A stretch of 64,000 bases of DNA from Bacteroidales bacterium (GCA_024400815.1 JAKSMD010000003.1:2793-66792); one strand, 5' to 3'. Numbered from the stretch's first letter, positions 26,795-35,491 are shown. Numbers and translations: made by a program. Notes: generated from the sequence alone by a model not told the origin.

Positions 26795-27679
26795 ATGACA
26801 TTTCGCTCAACTCCAAATATGCTTTTCAGATATGCGCTGACAAAGCTCTCCCCAAAACTCAGTGTCCAATTCCTGTTTTGGCTGTGCCATCATAAACTGC
26901 CCGACTTGAAAAATCCGAAGACCTTGGATGAGAAAATCCAATGGATGAAACTCAACTACTGCGGCGAGGATATTGTCAAGCAGTGTGCCGACAAATACCG
27001 TGTGCGCGAGTATGTGAAGGATTGCGGTTTAGAACACATCTTGAATCCTCTGCTGAAAACCTATCATCATGCCTGTGAAATCGATTGGGATGAGTTGCCA
27101 GCGAAATTTGTATTGAAGTGGAATTACGGATGTGGCGGCAATGTGGTTTGCCCTGACAAGTCAAAGTTGGACATTCCATCTACGATTCGAGATCTCAATA
27201 AATTCGAAAAAATAAAGTTTCATCTGATTGCGGCTGAACAGCAATATGACATTGAGGATAAACGAATTCTTTGTGAGGAATTTATCCAAACGAAAGACGG
27301 TGGAACGCCCGTCGATTATAAGTTCTATTGTTTTAATGGCGAGGCCAAATATGTATTGTGCTGCTTCGGTCGTGGACAGCAGGAACGTCCTGATTTCTAC
27401 TTTTTTGATCGCAATTGGCAGTTGCAGCGACTCAATCGCCAAGGTAAGGCCGCCCCGGAAGGTTTTACGCTTCCTAAACCGGAAGGTATTGATCAACTTT
27501 TTGAATATGCGGAAATACTTTCAAAGCCGTTCCCGTTTGTGCGTGCCGACTTTTATTTGGAACAAGGCAAGGCCTATTTTGGTGAGCTGACATTTACGCC
27601 GGCAGGCGGATTTGATAGAGGTCGCCTGCCTGAAACCGATTTGCTCTTTGGTCAAATGGTCAACCTTAACAAATATTAA
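26795..27679 (+). CDS. ATP-grasp fold amidoligase family protein (TupA-like)
   Basis: The series LDEKIQWMKL, KYRVREYV, FVLKWNYGCGGNVVC, CEEFI, DYKFYCFNGEAKYV and RADFY...YFGELTFTPAGG is what I remember for TupA-like ATP-grasp proteins. Confidence 0.7.
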   Translation: MTFRSTPNMLFRYALTKLSPKLSVQFLFWLCHHKLPDLKNPKTLDEKIQWMKLNYCGEDIVKQCADKYRVREYVKDCGLEHILNPLLKTYHHACEIDWDELPAKFVLKWNYGCGGNVVCPDKSKLDIPSTIRDLNKFEKIKFHLIAAEQQYDIEDKRILCEEFIQTKDGGTPVDYKFYCFNGEAKYVLCCFGRGQQERPDFYFFDRNWQLQRLNRQGKAAPEGFTLPKPEGIDQLFEYAEILSKPFPFVRADFYLEQGKAYFGELTFTPAGGFDRGRLPETDLLFGQMVNLNKY

Positions 27680-27682
27680 CCG

Positions 27683-29971
27683 ATGAAAGATAAAATTGCA
27701 AAGTTTCTGATTTTTGCTACGCTGGCGATGGTTGCGGCGTCGTATTTGCCGTATATCTACCTGAAACCTGCCTATTATATTCTTCGCTATATCATTATGG
27801 CGTGCATGTCGGCGACTTTCGTGCTGACCTTCTCGCTCTCTAATCTGTTGCGTAAAAAATTGGTGCGCGTATTCCTCGTAGTGATTGGACTGGTGGCCGT
27901 TGAGTTTTTGCTGTTCCGACTCGTGGGCATGCGCTTCCATTGGGAGGACCTGACACAGTTGGTCGTGGCGCTGATGTGTATCTGCATCGGCATCAATTTG
28001 AAATCCGACATCCGATTTTGGGCAAATGTATGTTACTATTACACGATTTTGTTGGTGGTGATGGGTCTTATCAACACCTATTTTTATACGAAAGGATTTT
28101 ATATTCCAGAATATTACCTGCTTAATGAAGGCAAAAACCAAATTGGCAGCATCATTGCCATTGGGGCAGTGTCGGTGTTTTTCTTAGGCATGAAGTTTCA
28201 AGAAAAACGCATACATTATTGGGTGGTGTTCTTCTTGGCAATAGAAGTCCTGCTGCTGATTCGTGCCCGCTCAGCGGTGCTGTCCGTGCTGGCGTGCCTT
28301 TTGCTGACGGTTGTCAAAGAGTGCAACTGGAAGTGGAAATGGAGCTTGAAAACCGTGCTGACTATCGTTGGACTGGGCTGGATTGGCTATATCCTCTATA
28401 CTGGCTTCATCGGTGAAGAACTCAAGACGTTCTTTATGGGCGGCAAGTATTTGCATAATTTTGATACGATATCTTCTAATCGCTTTGCCCGCGACCAGCA
28501 GGGTATGGAATACTTCTTGAATAATCCGCTTAAAGGCGAGCAAATGGACGAATCCGGCGTGAAATGGATTCACAATTATTTGATACTTCGATTGGTAAGA
28601 TACGGAATCTGGTCTTTCCCATTGATTTTCTTGTATATCTGGTTTGGCATCCAGGTGCTGATAGGACTTTTTAGAGAATGGAAGATTAGAATTGAGCATG
28701 TGGGTTACTTGATGGTTGGCAGTTCCTTTATTATCAGTTTCTTGGAACCATCTTTTCCATACGGTCCAGGATCTGTGCAGTTGCAAGCATACCTGCTCCT
28801 TGGCTTCGCATTAGCAGACAGAATGCCGTCACGAGACGGACAATCTGTTGGTCCGAAAGTGTTGCATGTGTGCAATGATTTCACTTATAGCAAAGTCCAT
28901 ACTGAGCTTTATCAAAAATTGGATGCCGCTGGGATTCAGCAAGTCGTCTATGCGCCGTTCCGTGACAAATCCGCCGTTGGCCATAATGCCTTTGAAGGGA
29001 AGGGCACGGAGTTCGTTTTCGCTCCTATTTTGAAAAAATGGCATAGAGTGTTCTTTTTCAAAAAAATTGAGAGAATATGTGAGGATATTGAAGAAAAAGT
29101 GCCCATTTCTGACATTTCTTGCGTACATGCAACAACCTTGTTCAGCGATGGCGCTGTTGCTTTGGAACTCAAAAAGAAATATGGCATTCCGTACATAGTC
29201 GCTGTGCGTAATACAGATTTGAATGACTTCCTGCGCCTTACACCGCATCTTTGGGGATTGCATCGCGAAGTGATTAGAGAAGCAGACAAGGTCATATTCA
29301 TAACGCCCTCTTTGCAACGTCGGCTACAAAACCATTGGACGCTGGTGGGCTTGCGCGACCAACTGGTGCAAAAAAGCGAAGTGATTGCCAATGGATTGAA
29401 TGCTTATTGGCACGAGCATTTGCAATTGAATGAACATCAACATGCCCAATCGCATCGTGTCGTTTATGTGGGCAATTTTGACCATAATAAAAATGTAAAA
29501 AGACTAATAGAAGCGGTACTGCTTTTGAAAAAGGACATTCCAGATATTCATTTGGATTTGGTGGGGGGAACCGGCGCCGAAGAAGCTGAAGTGTTGCAAA
29601 TGGTCGCATCCTATCCCGATGTGTTGCATTATCACGGACGCATTTTCGATAAAGATAAATTGCAGTCCATATATGCTGCCAATAGCGTTTTTGCTATGGC
29701 TTCTAAACATGAGACTTTTGGCTTGGTATATCTTGAGGCCATGTCGCAGGGACTCTCTGTGCTCTACACGCGTAATGAGGGCATAGATGGTCTGTTTGAA
29801 ATCCCTGTGGGAGCATCCGTGGATCCGCTTTCCGTAGAATCTATCCGTGTCGCATTAGCTGAATTGCTACTGCATCCCGATAAATATCAAATACTTAGTA
29901 CTGACACTTTCCGCAAGTTCGACTGGTCTGCGATTGCTTGCCAGTATCAGTCTATTTATGCATCTTTGTAG
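27683..29971 (+). CDS. Fusion protein: Wzy/O-antigen-polymerase-like membrane domain (N) + GT4 glycosyltransferase (C)
   Basis: Residues 1 to ~390 contain ~10 TM segments with a Wzy_C-like stretch (LLIRARSAVLSVLACLLLTVV). Residues ~400-762 are a soluble GT-B domain (KVLHVCNDFTY..., VYVGNF..., HETFGLVYLEAMSQGLSV). One uninterrupted 762-codon frame. Confidence 0.7.
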   Translation: MKDKIAKFLIFATLAMVAASYLPYIYLKPAYYILRYIIMACMSATFVLTFSLSNLLRKKLVRVFLVVIGLVAVEFLLFRLVGMRFHWEDLTQLVVALMCICIGINLKSDIRFWANVCYYYTILLVVMGLINTYFYTKGFYIPEYYLLNEGKNQIGSIIAIGAVSVFFLGMKFQEKRIHYWVVFFLAIEVLLLIRARSAVLSVLACLLLTVVKECNWKWKWSLKTVLTIVGLGWIGYILYTGFIGEELKTFFMGGKYLHNFDTISSNRFARDQQGMEYFLNNPLKGEQMDESGVKWIHNYLILRLVRYGIWSFPLIFLYIWFGIQVLIGLFREWKIRIEHVGYLMVGSSFIISFLEPSFPYGPGSVQLQAYLLLGFALADRMPSRDGQSVGPKVLHVCNDFTYSKVHTELYQKLDAAGIQQVVYAPFRDKSAVGHNAFEGKGTEFVFAPILKKWHRVFFFKKIERICEDIEEKVPISDISCVHATTLFSDGAVALELKKKYGIPYIVAVRNTDLNDFLRLTPHLWGLHREVIREADKVIFITPSLQRRLQNHWTLVGLRDQLVQKSEVIANGLNAYWHEHLQLNEHQHAQSHRVVYVGNFDHNKNVKRLIEAVLLLKKDIPDIHLDLVGGTGAEEAEVLQMVASYPDVLHYHGRIFDKDKLQSIYAANSVFAMASKHETFGLVYLEAMSQGLSVLYTRNEGIDGLFEIPVGASVDPLSVESIRVALAELLLHPDKYQILSTDTFRKFDWSAIACQYQSIYASL

Positions 29972-30001
29972 CTTTTTGCAAATGTCTTAATCCTTGAAAA
30001 A

Positions 30002-30985
30002 ATGCTCTCCGTAATAGTTCCTTGTTATAACGAAAAGAAATACATTACCCATTGTGTCGAATCCATCTTGCAGCAGGATTATCCGAAGGATGATTTGGAA
30101 GTGCTGTTTGTAGATGGCATGAGCAATGACGGTACGCGCGATAGTTTGCAATCTTATTGCGCGCAGTATCCTTTTTTGAAAATGTTGGACAACCCCGAAA
30201 AAATTGTGCGTTTTGCTATGAATAAGGGAATTCGTGCTGCCCAAGGAGAGGTGATTATCCGATTGGATATGCATTCGGCGTACGAGGTCTCCTATTTTTC
30301 CACATTAGCCAAGCAGTTGCAATCTCTGGGCGCAGATAATGTGGGTTGCGTATGCAAAACGGATGTGCTGAATAAAACTTCAAAAGCGTTGGCCATTAAG
30401 GCTGCCTTGAGCAGTCCTTTTGGCGTTGGCAATTCCTCTTTTCGTACGGGAACACCTACCGTTGTGGAAGCCGACACGGTACCCTTTGGTTGTTTTAGAA
30501 GGGATGTTTTTGAACGTTTCGGATATTACGATACACGATTGGTGCGTAACCAGGATATTGAGTTAAACAAACGTATCAAGGCTGGCGGCGGTAAAATATT
30601 TTTGTTGCCAGAGGCGCTTTGCACCTATTATGCTCGTGAAACTTATTGTGATTTGGCACGCAATAATTATCGTAATGGCTTGTGGAACCTGCTGACGGTT
30701 CGCATGACTCGCAATTTCTCCTCCCTTTCTGTGCGACATTTCGTTCCGTTGTTGTTTTTGCTGTCTTTAGTCCTGCCTTGTATTGCGGCCCTATTATGGA
30801 AACCTTTTGTGGTATTAGCGATGGCTTCGCTGGTTTCATATTTGGCCGTTTTAACATTTATTAGTATAACCATTGCTAAAAAAGACAAAAGCTTGTCAGT
30901 TCCCTATCTTTTTTGGGCATTTTTAACGCTGCATTTTTCGTATGCAGCGGGTTCATTTGTAGGAATCTTCAAATCTGTAAAATAA
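30002..30985 (+). CDS. Glycosyltransferase family 2 with C-terminal TM segments
   Basis: MLSVIVPCYNEKKYI start, DGMSNDGT, a DMHS motif, and hydrophobic helices at the C terminus. Confidence 0.85.
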   Translation: MLSVIVPCYNEKKYITHCVESILQQDYPKDDLEVLFVDGMSNDGTRDSLQSYCAQYPFLKMLDNPEKIVRFAMNKGIRAAQGEVIIRLDMHSAYEVSYFSTLAKQLQSLGADNVGCVCKTDVLNKTSKALAIKAALSSPFGVGNSSFRTGTPTVVEADTVPFGCFRRDVFERFGYYDTRLVRNQDIELNKRIKAGGGKIFLLPEALCTYYARETYCDLARNNYRNGLWNLLTVRMTRNFSSLSVRHFVPLLFLLSLVLPCIAALLWKPFVVLAMASLVSYLAVLTFISITIAKKDKSLSVPYLFWAFLTLHFSYAAGSFVGIFKSVK

Positions 30986-32136
30986 TGCGTGATATAGAAT
31001 TAAAGTATAAATCAAAATTGTCAGAATATTTGCACGCCTCTTCTGACGATGTGTTTTTGTATTGGAAGGGTAGAGTGGCACTGTATGCCATTTTGCGAGC
31101 CATGGGCGTGGGCGAAGGCGATGAGGTTATCGTACCGGCGTTTACGTGCGTGGTGGTCCCCAATGCGATTAAGTATTTGAAAGCCAAACCTGTGTATGTG
31201 GATATAGATCCTAAAACATACAATGTTGCGGTTTCCCAAATAGAGTCGAAAATCTCTGATAAGACTAAGGTGCTGATTTGTCAGAACACATTTGGACTTT
31301 CTTCCAATATAGAGCAACTGCTGGAAATTGCGCAACGCCATCATCTTTATACAATTGAGGATTGTACACATGGCTTTGGGGGCACCTATCACGGGAAACC
31401 CAACGGCAGTTATTGTGATGCAGCTTTCTATTCAACCCAATGGAATAAGCCCTTTAGCACGGGGTTGGGCGGTTTTGCGCTGGTGGCCAATCGCGACTTG
31501 CATAAAAAGATCGAGCAGGTGAACGTGTCTTTGGAAAAGACGACGTTGAAGGATTCTATTTCTTTGTCTCTCCTCTATTTTGTGCGTGAAAAAATCTTAA
31601 CCGACCGCCGTTATTGGCGTATGGTGAAGATGTATCGCTGGTTGAGCAAATACAAATTCGTGCAAGGGTCGTCTTCGGGAGTGGAAATAGAATCTACGGA
31701 GATGCCTTCCCATTATTTTAAGGCGCTTTCCCAAACGCAGATGAAAAAGGGGCTTTCTAATGTGGAGAAGATAGATACGTTGCTTGACTTGCGCAAGCGT
31801 AATGCCCGCATTTACAACGAATACCTGGAGTCAAAAGGCAAAACCATAGTTTCTCCAGAACTATTTGCAGATCACTCATTCTTAAAATATCCGTTATTGG
31901 TTCGCAATAGAGAAGATGTGCTGCGTATGGCGGAAGAGAACTGCGTTCCGTTAGGAGAGTGGTTCTGCAGTCCGATACATCCCGTTATGGAGCATTGGGA
32001 TTTGTGGGATTTCAATGGAGAGGATTACCCGCAAGCTGTCAAGTACGCGGCCTTATTAGTCAATCTGCCTACAGATGTTGCGCAAACGGACTCCGTGTTG
32101 CGTTTCTTGGACAAAATCCTGGATTGGGTGGAGTAG
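30985..32136 (+). CDS. DegT/DnrJ/EryC1/StrS family (PLP-dependent sugar aminotransferase-like)
   Basis: GDEVIVPAFTCVVVPNAIKYLKAKPVYVDID and YSTQWNKPFS (candidate PLP lysine). The ATG at 30985 overlaps the GT2 stop (TAATG). The 24 upstream codons in the ORF track lie inside the GT2 gene. Confidence 0.8.
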   Translation: MRDIELKYKSKLSEYLHASSDDVFLYWKGRVALYAILRAMGVGEGDEVIVPAFTCVVVPNAIKYLKAKPVYVDIDPKTYNVAVSQIESKISDKTKVLICQNTFGLSSNIEQLLEIAQRHHLYTIEDCTHGFGGTYHGKPNGSYCDAAFYSTQWNKPFSTGLGGFALVANRDLHKKIEQVNVSLEKTTLKDSISLSLLYFVREKILTDRRYWRMVKMYRWLSKYKFVQGSSSGVEIESTEMPSHYFKALSQTQMKKGLSNVEKIDTLLDLRKRNARIYNEYLESKGKTIVSPELFADHSFLKYPLLVRNREDVLRMAEENCVPLGEWFCSPIHPVMEHWDLWDFNGEDYPQAVKYAALLVNLPTDVAQTDSVLRFLDKILDWVE

Positions 32137-32170
32137 ATAGATAAGGCCGAAGAACTTAGAATATAATAGA

Positions 32171-32200
32171 AAAGCCCGAAACATTGTTTCGGGCTTTTTT
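32171..32200 (+). terminator. Bidirectional rho-independent terminator (end of glycan locus / end of tRNA-Lys)
   Basis: AAAGCCCGAAAC att GTTTCGGGCTTT stem followed by TTTTTT. It is A/T-flanked on both sides, and the T-tract abuts the tRNA CCA end. Confidence 0.85.
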
Positions 32201-32275
32201 GGTGTCTCAGCTGGGATTCGAACCCAGGACCCCATCCTTAAAAGGGATGTGCTCTACCTGCTGAGCTACTGGGAC
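32200..32275 (-). tRNA. tRNA-Lys (anticodon UUU), CCA encoded
   Basis: The hand-folded cloverleaf on the minus strand has these arms. Acceptor: GTCCCAG/CTGAGAC with one C-A mismatch. D arm: GCTC-AGCAGGTA-GAGC. Anticodon arm: CATCC-CTTTTAA-GGATG. T arm: CTGGG-TTCGAAT-CCCAG. The discriminator is A, followed by CCA. Confidence 0.9.
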
Positions 32276-32297
32276 TCCTTGTCTCGTTTTGAGGTTG

Positions 32298-32305
32298 CAA
32301 AAGTA
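32298..32305 (-). promoter_or_regulatory. Candidate -7 box for tRNA-Lys (TACTTTTG, followed by CAACC)
   Basis: The reverse complement of CAAAAGTA matches TAnnTTTG. It lies 23 nt upstream of the mature tRNA 5' end. The extended sequence is identical to the box at 12513. Confidence 0.6.
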
Positions 32306-32602
32306 CACTTTTTTTTATATGGTGCAACCCCTATTTTTCATTTTTTTACTTTTTATTTTTAACTAACATGAAATCAAATAGATAGTAAAATCTTTTGTTT
32401 TTCGGATATAGTCCTATTTTTATTCTAAAAAAAATTATATTTGTATTATAATGAGTTGACAATTAGTGTGTTAAAAACAGATTGCTTTTCAAGGTGCCAA
32501 TGTTGTACATTTGACAGGAAATGTGCGTCTTTTTTGGGGTTAGTTGTCAGTTTTTAGAAAATTGCAACTCGAAAATTGTAATTTAATATAAATGCTATCA
32601 AG

Positions 32603-32833
32603 ATGAAAAAAATGATTATCACTCCGAAAAAAGATACCATTACCATTTGTCTGCCGCCAGAGTGGGTGGGCAAACCCTTAGTTTGTATATTAGAAACGCC
32701 GTATGAGCAAAGTGAGCCGGATGTGGTGTCTCAAGTGAGTGAGGCATCCATCGGGTATATGGCAGAACGCTTTTTAGAGACTTTGCCAGGTAGGCCTCCG
32801 TGTGTGAAACGATTGCGAAAGCACAATGATTAG
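32603..32833 (+). CDS. Small hypothetical protein (76 aa)
   Basis: ATG preceded by an A-rich context. It is the only ORF in a ~470-bp AT-rich gap. No motif was recognised. The 3' end overlaps the folE stop by 4 nt (convergent). A TACATTTG box lies at 32496-32503, ~100 nt upstream. Confidence 0.3.
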   Translation: MKKMIITPKKDTITICLPPEWVGKPLVCILETPYEQSEPDVVSQVSEASIGYMAERFLETLPGRPPCVKRLRKHND

Positions 32834-33435
32834 TGCAAGTTGGCGCCAATCAGATGCATGAACTCTTGACGGGTGTTTTCGTTCTTCAAGAAGGCACCCG
32901 TGAATTCTGATGTCGTGGTTACGGAATTCTGTTTTTGAATGCCGCGCATGGACATGCAGAGATGTTGCGCTTCTATGACAACAGCTACCCCAAGCGGATT
33001 GAGAACTTCTTGCAGACAGTCTTTGATTTGTGTGGTTAATCGTTCTTGCAGTTGGAGACGGCGTGCGTAACACTCTACTACGCGTGGGATTTTGCTCAAT
33101 CCTACAATGGTGCCATTGGGAATGTATCCGATGTGTGCTTTTCCAAAAAATGGCAGCAAATGATGTTCGCACAAGGAGTAAATCTCAATATCCTTTACGA
33201 CTACGATTTGTTTGTAATCTTCATGAAACAGAGCGCTTTCCAAGATTTTTTTAGGGTCTTGGCGATAGCCGTGCGTAAGAAAATCCATTGATTTGGCGGC
33301 ACGCATCGGTGTTTTGATAAGCCCTTCGCGTTTGGGATCTTCTCCAATGCCAAGTAATACATCTTTATAGCTATCAGCCAGATTGTTTAATGTCTTTTGT
33401 GGGAGTTGAGGAATATCGTTGATGTTTTTTGCCAT
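32830..33435 (-). CDS. folE: GTP cyclohydrolase I
   Basis: 201 aa with [34 protein letters not shown] and QERLT motifs. Confidence 0.95.
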   Translation of the reverse strand: MAKNINDIPQLPQKTLNNLADSYKDVLLGIGEDPKREGLIKTPMRAAKSMDFLTHGYRQDPKKILESALFHEDYKQIVVVKDIEIYSLCEHHLLPFFGKAHIGYIPNGTIVGLSKIPRVVECYARRLQLQERLTTQIKDCLQEVLNPLGVAVVIEAQHLCMSMRGIQKQNSVTTTSEFTGAFLKNENTRQEFMHLIGANLH

Positions 33436-33445
33436 ATTGCTATTT

Positions 33446-34090
33446 TTATACTAAAAAAGGATTATTCATTTTTTCAAAGTCAACCGTCGTGGTGCCACCG
33501 TGTCCAGGGTAGAGGACGGTGCTTTCGTCTAATGTAAGTATTTTATTTTTAATCATTTGAAGCATTATAGCACCGTTGCCGGTGGGTAAATCGGAGCGAC
33601 CTACACTGCCTTCGAAGATGAGGTCGCCGCAGAGCACGAATTTTTCGGTCGGGTGGTGTAGGCAAATACTGCCTTCGCAATGACCGGGCGTGTACAAAAC
33701 TTCCAGAATCTGGTTTCCAAATCGGATTTCGTCACCTTCGTGCAGAAATTTATCGGGTTGGGGCATGTCGTCCAGTTGGAGTCCAAACGCCACTGCGTAA
33801 GCATGTGCTTGGTTGTAGATGGACATGCCGGCTTCGTGGCAGCACAAGGGCGCTTTGTAGGTTTGCGTGCACCAACGATTGCCTGCAATGTGGTCTACAT
33901 GGGGATGCGTATTTACAATGTATTTTACCGTGAGTTGATTGTCGTCAATATATTGCTGTAATTGCGCATCTTCGTAAGAAGAACAGTTGCCTGGATCAAC
34001 AATGATGGCCTCTCGGGTATCGTCATGCAACACCATGGTGTTGACCATGATAGGGTTGAAATGAAATGTTCGGATGGTGATAGTTCCCAT
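33446..34090 (-). CDS. MBL-fold metallo-hydrolase (glyoxalase II-like)
   Basis: [11 protein letters not shown] (HxHxDH) motif, TPGHCEGS, and PGHG near the C terminus. I preferred the ATG at 34090 (MGTITIRTF...); the longer start at 34144 is possible. Confidence 0.8.
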   Translation of the reverse strand: MGTITIRTFHFNPIMVNTMVLHDDTREAIIVDPGNCSSYEDAQLQQYIDDNQLTVKYIVNTHPHVDHIAGNRWCTQTYKAPLCCHEAGMSIYNQAHAYAVAFGLQLDDMPQPDKFLHEGDEIRFGNQILEVLYTPGHCEGSICLHHPTEKFVLCGDLIFEGSVGRSDLPTGNGAIMLQMIKNKILTLDESTVLYPGHGGTTTVDFEKMNNPFLV

Positions 34091-34145
34091 TTTTTTAGTG
34101 AGATTTAGGATGATTTCGCTGAGCGATATGCGCTTTTTGACCATT

Positions 34146-35462
34146 TTAGAACGGTGTGGATTTGGGGTCTGTCACATGGATTTCTTTCACTTTGTGCCCT
34201 TTTTCAAAGAAGGCGCTATAGTACAATCGCCCATCAGGTGTCCAGCAAGACCATTTTCCGCTACGCACGCGATTTTTGAAATTGCCTTGAAAATGTTTTG
34301 CACCGTTGTCGTAATATTCTATAAACGAACCTTCCGGAATGTCATGCACGAAGTTCTGTTCGCGGGCTTTGCGCTCATGGACATTGTAAAACACCCATTT
34401 GCCCTCTTTTAAGTCATTGGTGTATTTGCCTTTGGAAAGGATTTTGCCGTTTTGAGCATATTCACACCAAACGCCGTTTTTAAGATCGTTTTTGTAATTG
34501 CCTTGCTTGGAAAGTTTTTTTGTCTCTTCCCAATAGTAAGTGTAAGATCCATTTAACTGTCCGTTTTTATAGGTGATGGCATATTTCTGATGGCCATCGT
34601 CGAACCAGCCTTTCCACAGTCCGTCCATCTTGCCATCTTTGAAATTGCCTTGGTCTTGGATTTTGCCATTTTCATAATAAGAAACCCACTCGCCATTCTC
34701 TTTATCGTTGACAAAAAGGCCTTGGCGTTGCAATTTTCCGCTTTCATACCAGGCACTCCACAGTCCTTCGCGCTTGCCATTGGCGTAGGTGCCCTGTTTC
34801 CAAACGGCGCCGTTGTCGTAATAATAGTTCCATTCGCCTTCTTGCAGGCCGTTTTTGAAACTTCCCGTACTGCCGATGTCGCCTTTTTCATTGTAAAACT
34901 TCCAACTGCCTTCTTGTAGGCCGTTGACCACATTGCCTTCCATATCCTTTTGCCCCTCTTTATTCCACCACCAAACATGGCCGTTCAATTCGCCCATGTT
35001 GTAGGTGCCTTCAAAATATTTGGCACCGTTGTCATAATATTCAATGACATGTCCATCAACGCTGTCTTGCACATAGGTCACTTCTTTGAATATTTTACCG
35101 TTGGTGTGATAGAAAGTCCACTTGCCCTCGCGCTTGCCATTGACCATTTGTCCAACAGATTCCACTTGTCCAGATTGGTACCAACTCTTGAACGGACCGT
35201 TTTCAGCATTGTATTCTTGACTGATTTTACCATCGTCGAACCATACTTTCCAATCTCCAATCTTTTTTCCATCTTTGTAATTGCCTTCGGTCCATTTGGC
35301 TCCATTGATGTGGTAGAAAATCCAATGACCTTGTTCTAAGTCTTTGACTTGAACACCGATAGACATAAGTTGGTGGTTGCCCCAATAGGTTTTGACGGTG
35401 TCTTGAGCGGATGCCCAGGATATCAATAAAAGGCAGCTGAGGATAAAGGATAATTTTCGCAT
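34146..35462 (-). CDS. Secreted MORN-variant repeat protein (YwqK-like repeats)
   Basis: Signal peptide (MRKLSFILSCLLLISWASA), followed throughout by ~23-aa repeats of the type G.YK.G...G.W..Y..NG. Confidence 0.7.
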   Translation of the reverse strand: MRKLSFILSCLLLISWASAQDTVKTYWGNHQLMSIGVQVKDLEQGHWIFYHINGAKWTEGNYKDGKKIGDWKVWFDDGKISQEYNAENGPFKSWYQSGQVESVGQMVNGKREGKWTFYHTNGKIFKEVTYVQDSVDGHVIEYYDNGAKYFEGTYNMGELNGHVWWWNKEGQKDMEGNVVNGLQEGSWKFYNEKGDIGSTGSFKNGLQEGEWNYYYDNGAVWKQGTYANGKREGLWSAWYESGKLQRQGLFVNDKENGEWVSYYENGKIQDQGNFKDGKMDGLWKGWFDDGHQKYAITYKNGQLNGSYTYYWEETKKLSKQGNYKNDLKNGVWCEYAQNGKILSKGKYTNDLKEGKWVFYNVHERKAREQNFVHDIPEGSFIEYYDNGAKHFQGNFKNRVRSGKWSCWTPDGRLYYSAFFEKGHKVKEIHVTDPKSTPF

Positions 35463-35483
35463 ATGATTATGAATTTAAGGTCG

Positions 35484-35491
35484 CAAAAATA
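35484..35491 (-). promoter_or_regulatory. Candidate -7 box for the MORN/MBL/folE operon (TATTTTTG, followed by CGACC)
   Basis: The reverse complement of CAAAAATA matches TAnnTTTG. It lies 22 nt upstream of the ATG at 35462. Confidence 0.55.

Noticed and set aside
21202-32275. Glycan locus as a tRNA-Lys-integrated genomic island.
   Set aside because: There is no integrase, transposase or mobility gene. I could not find a direct repeat of the tRNA 3' end at the far side (around 19.8-21.2 kb). The locus looks like an ordinary, possibly variable, chromosomal polysaccharide locus ending at a shared terminator.
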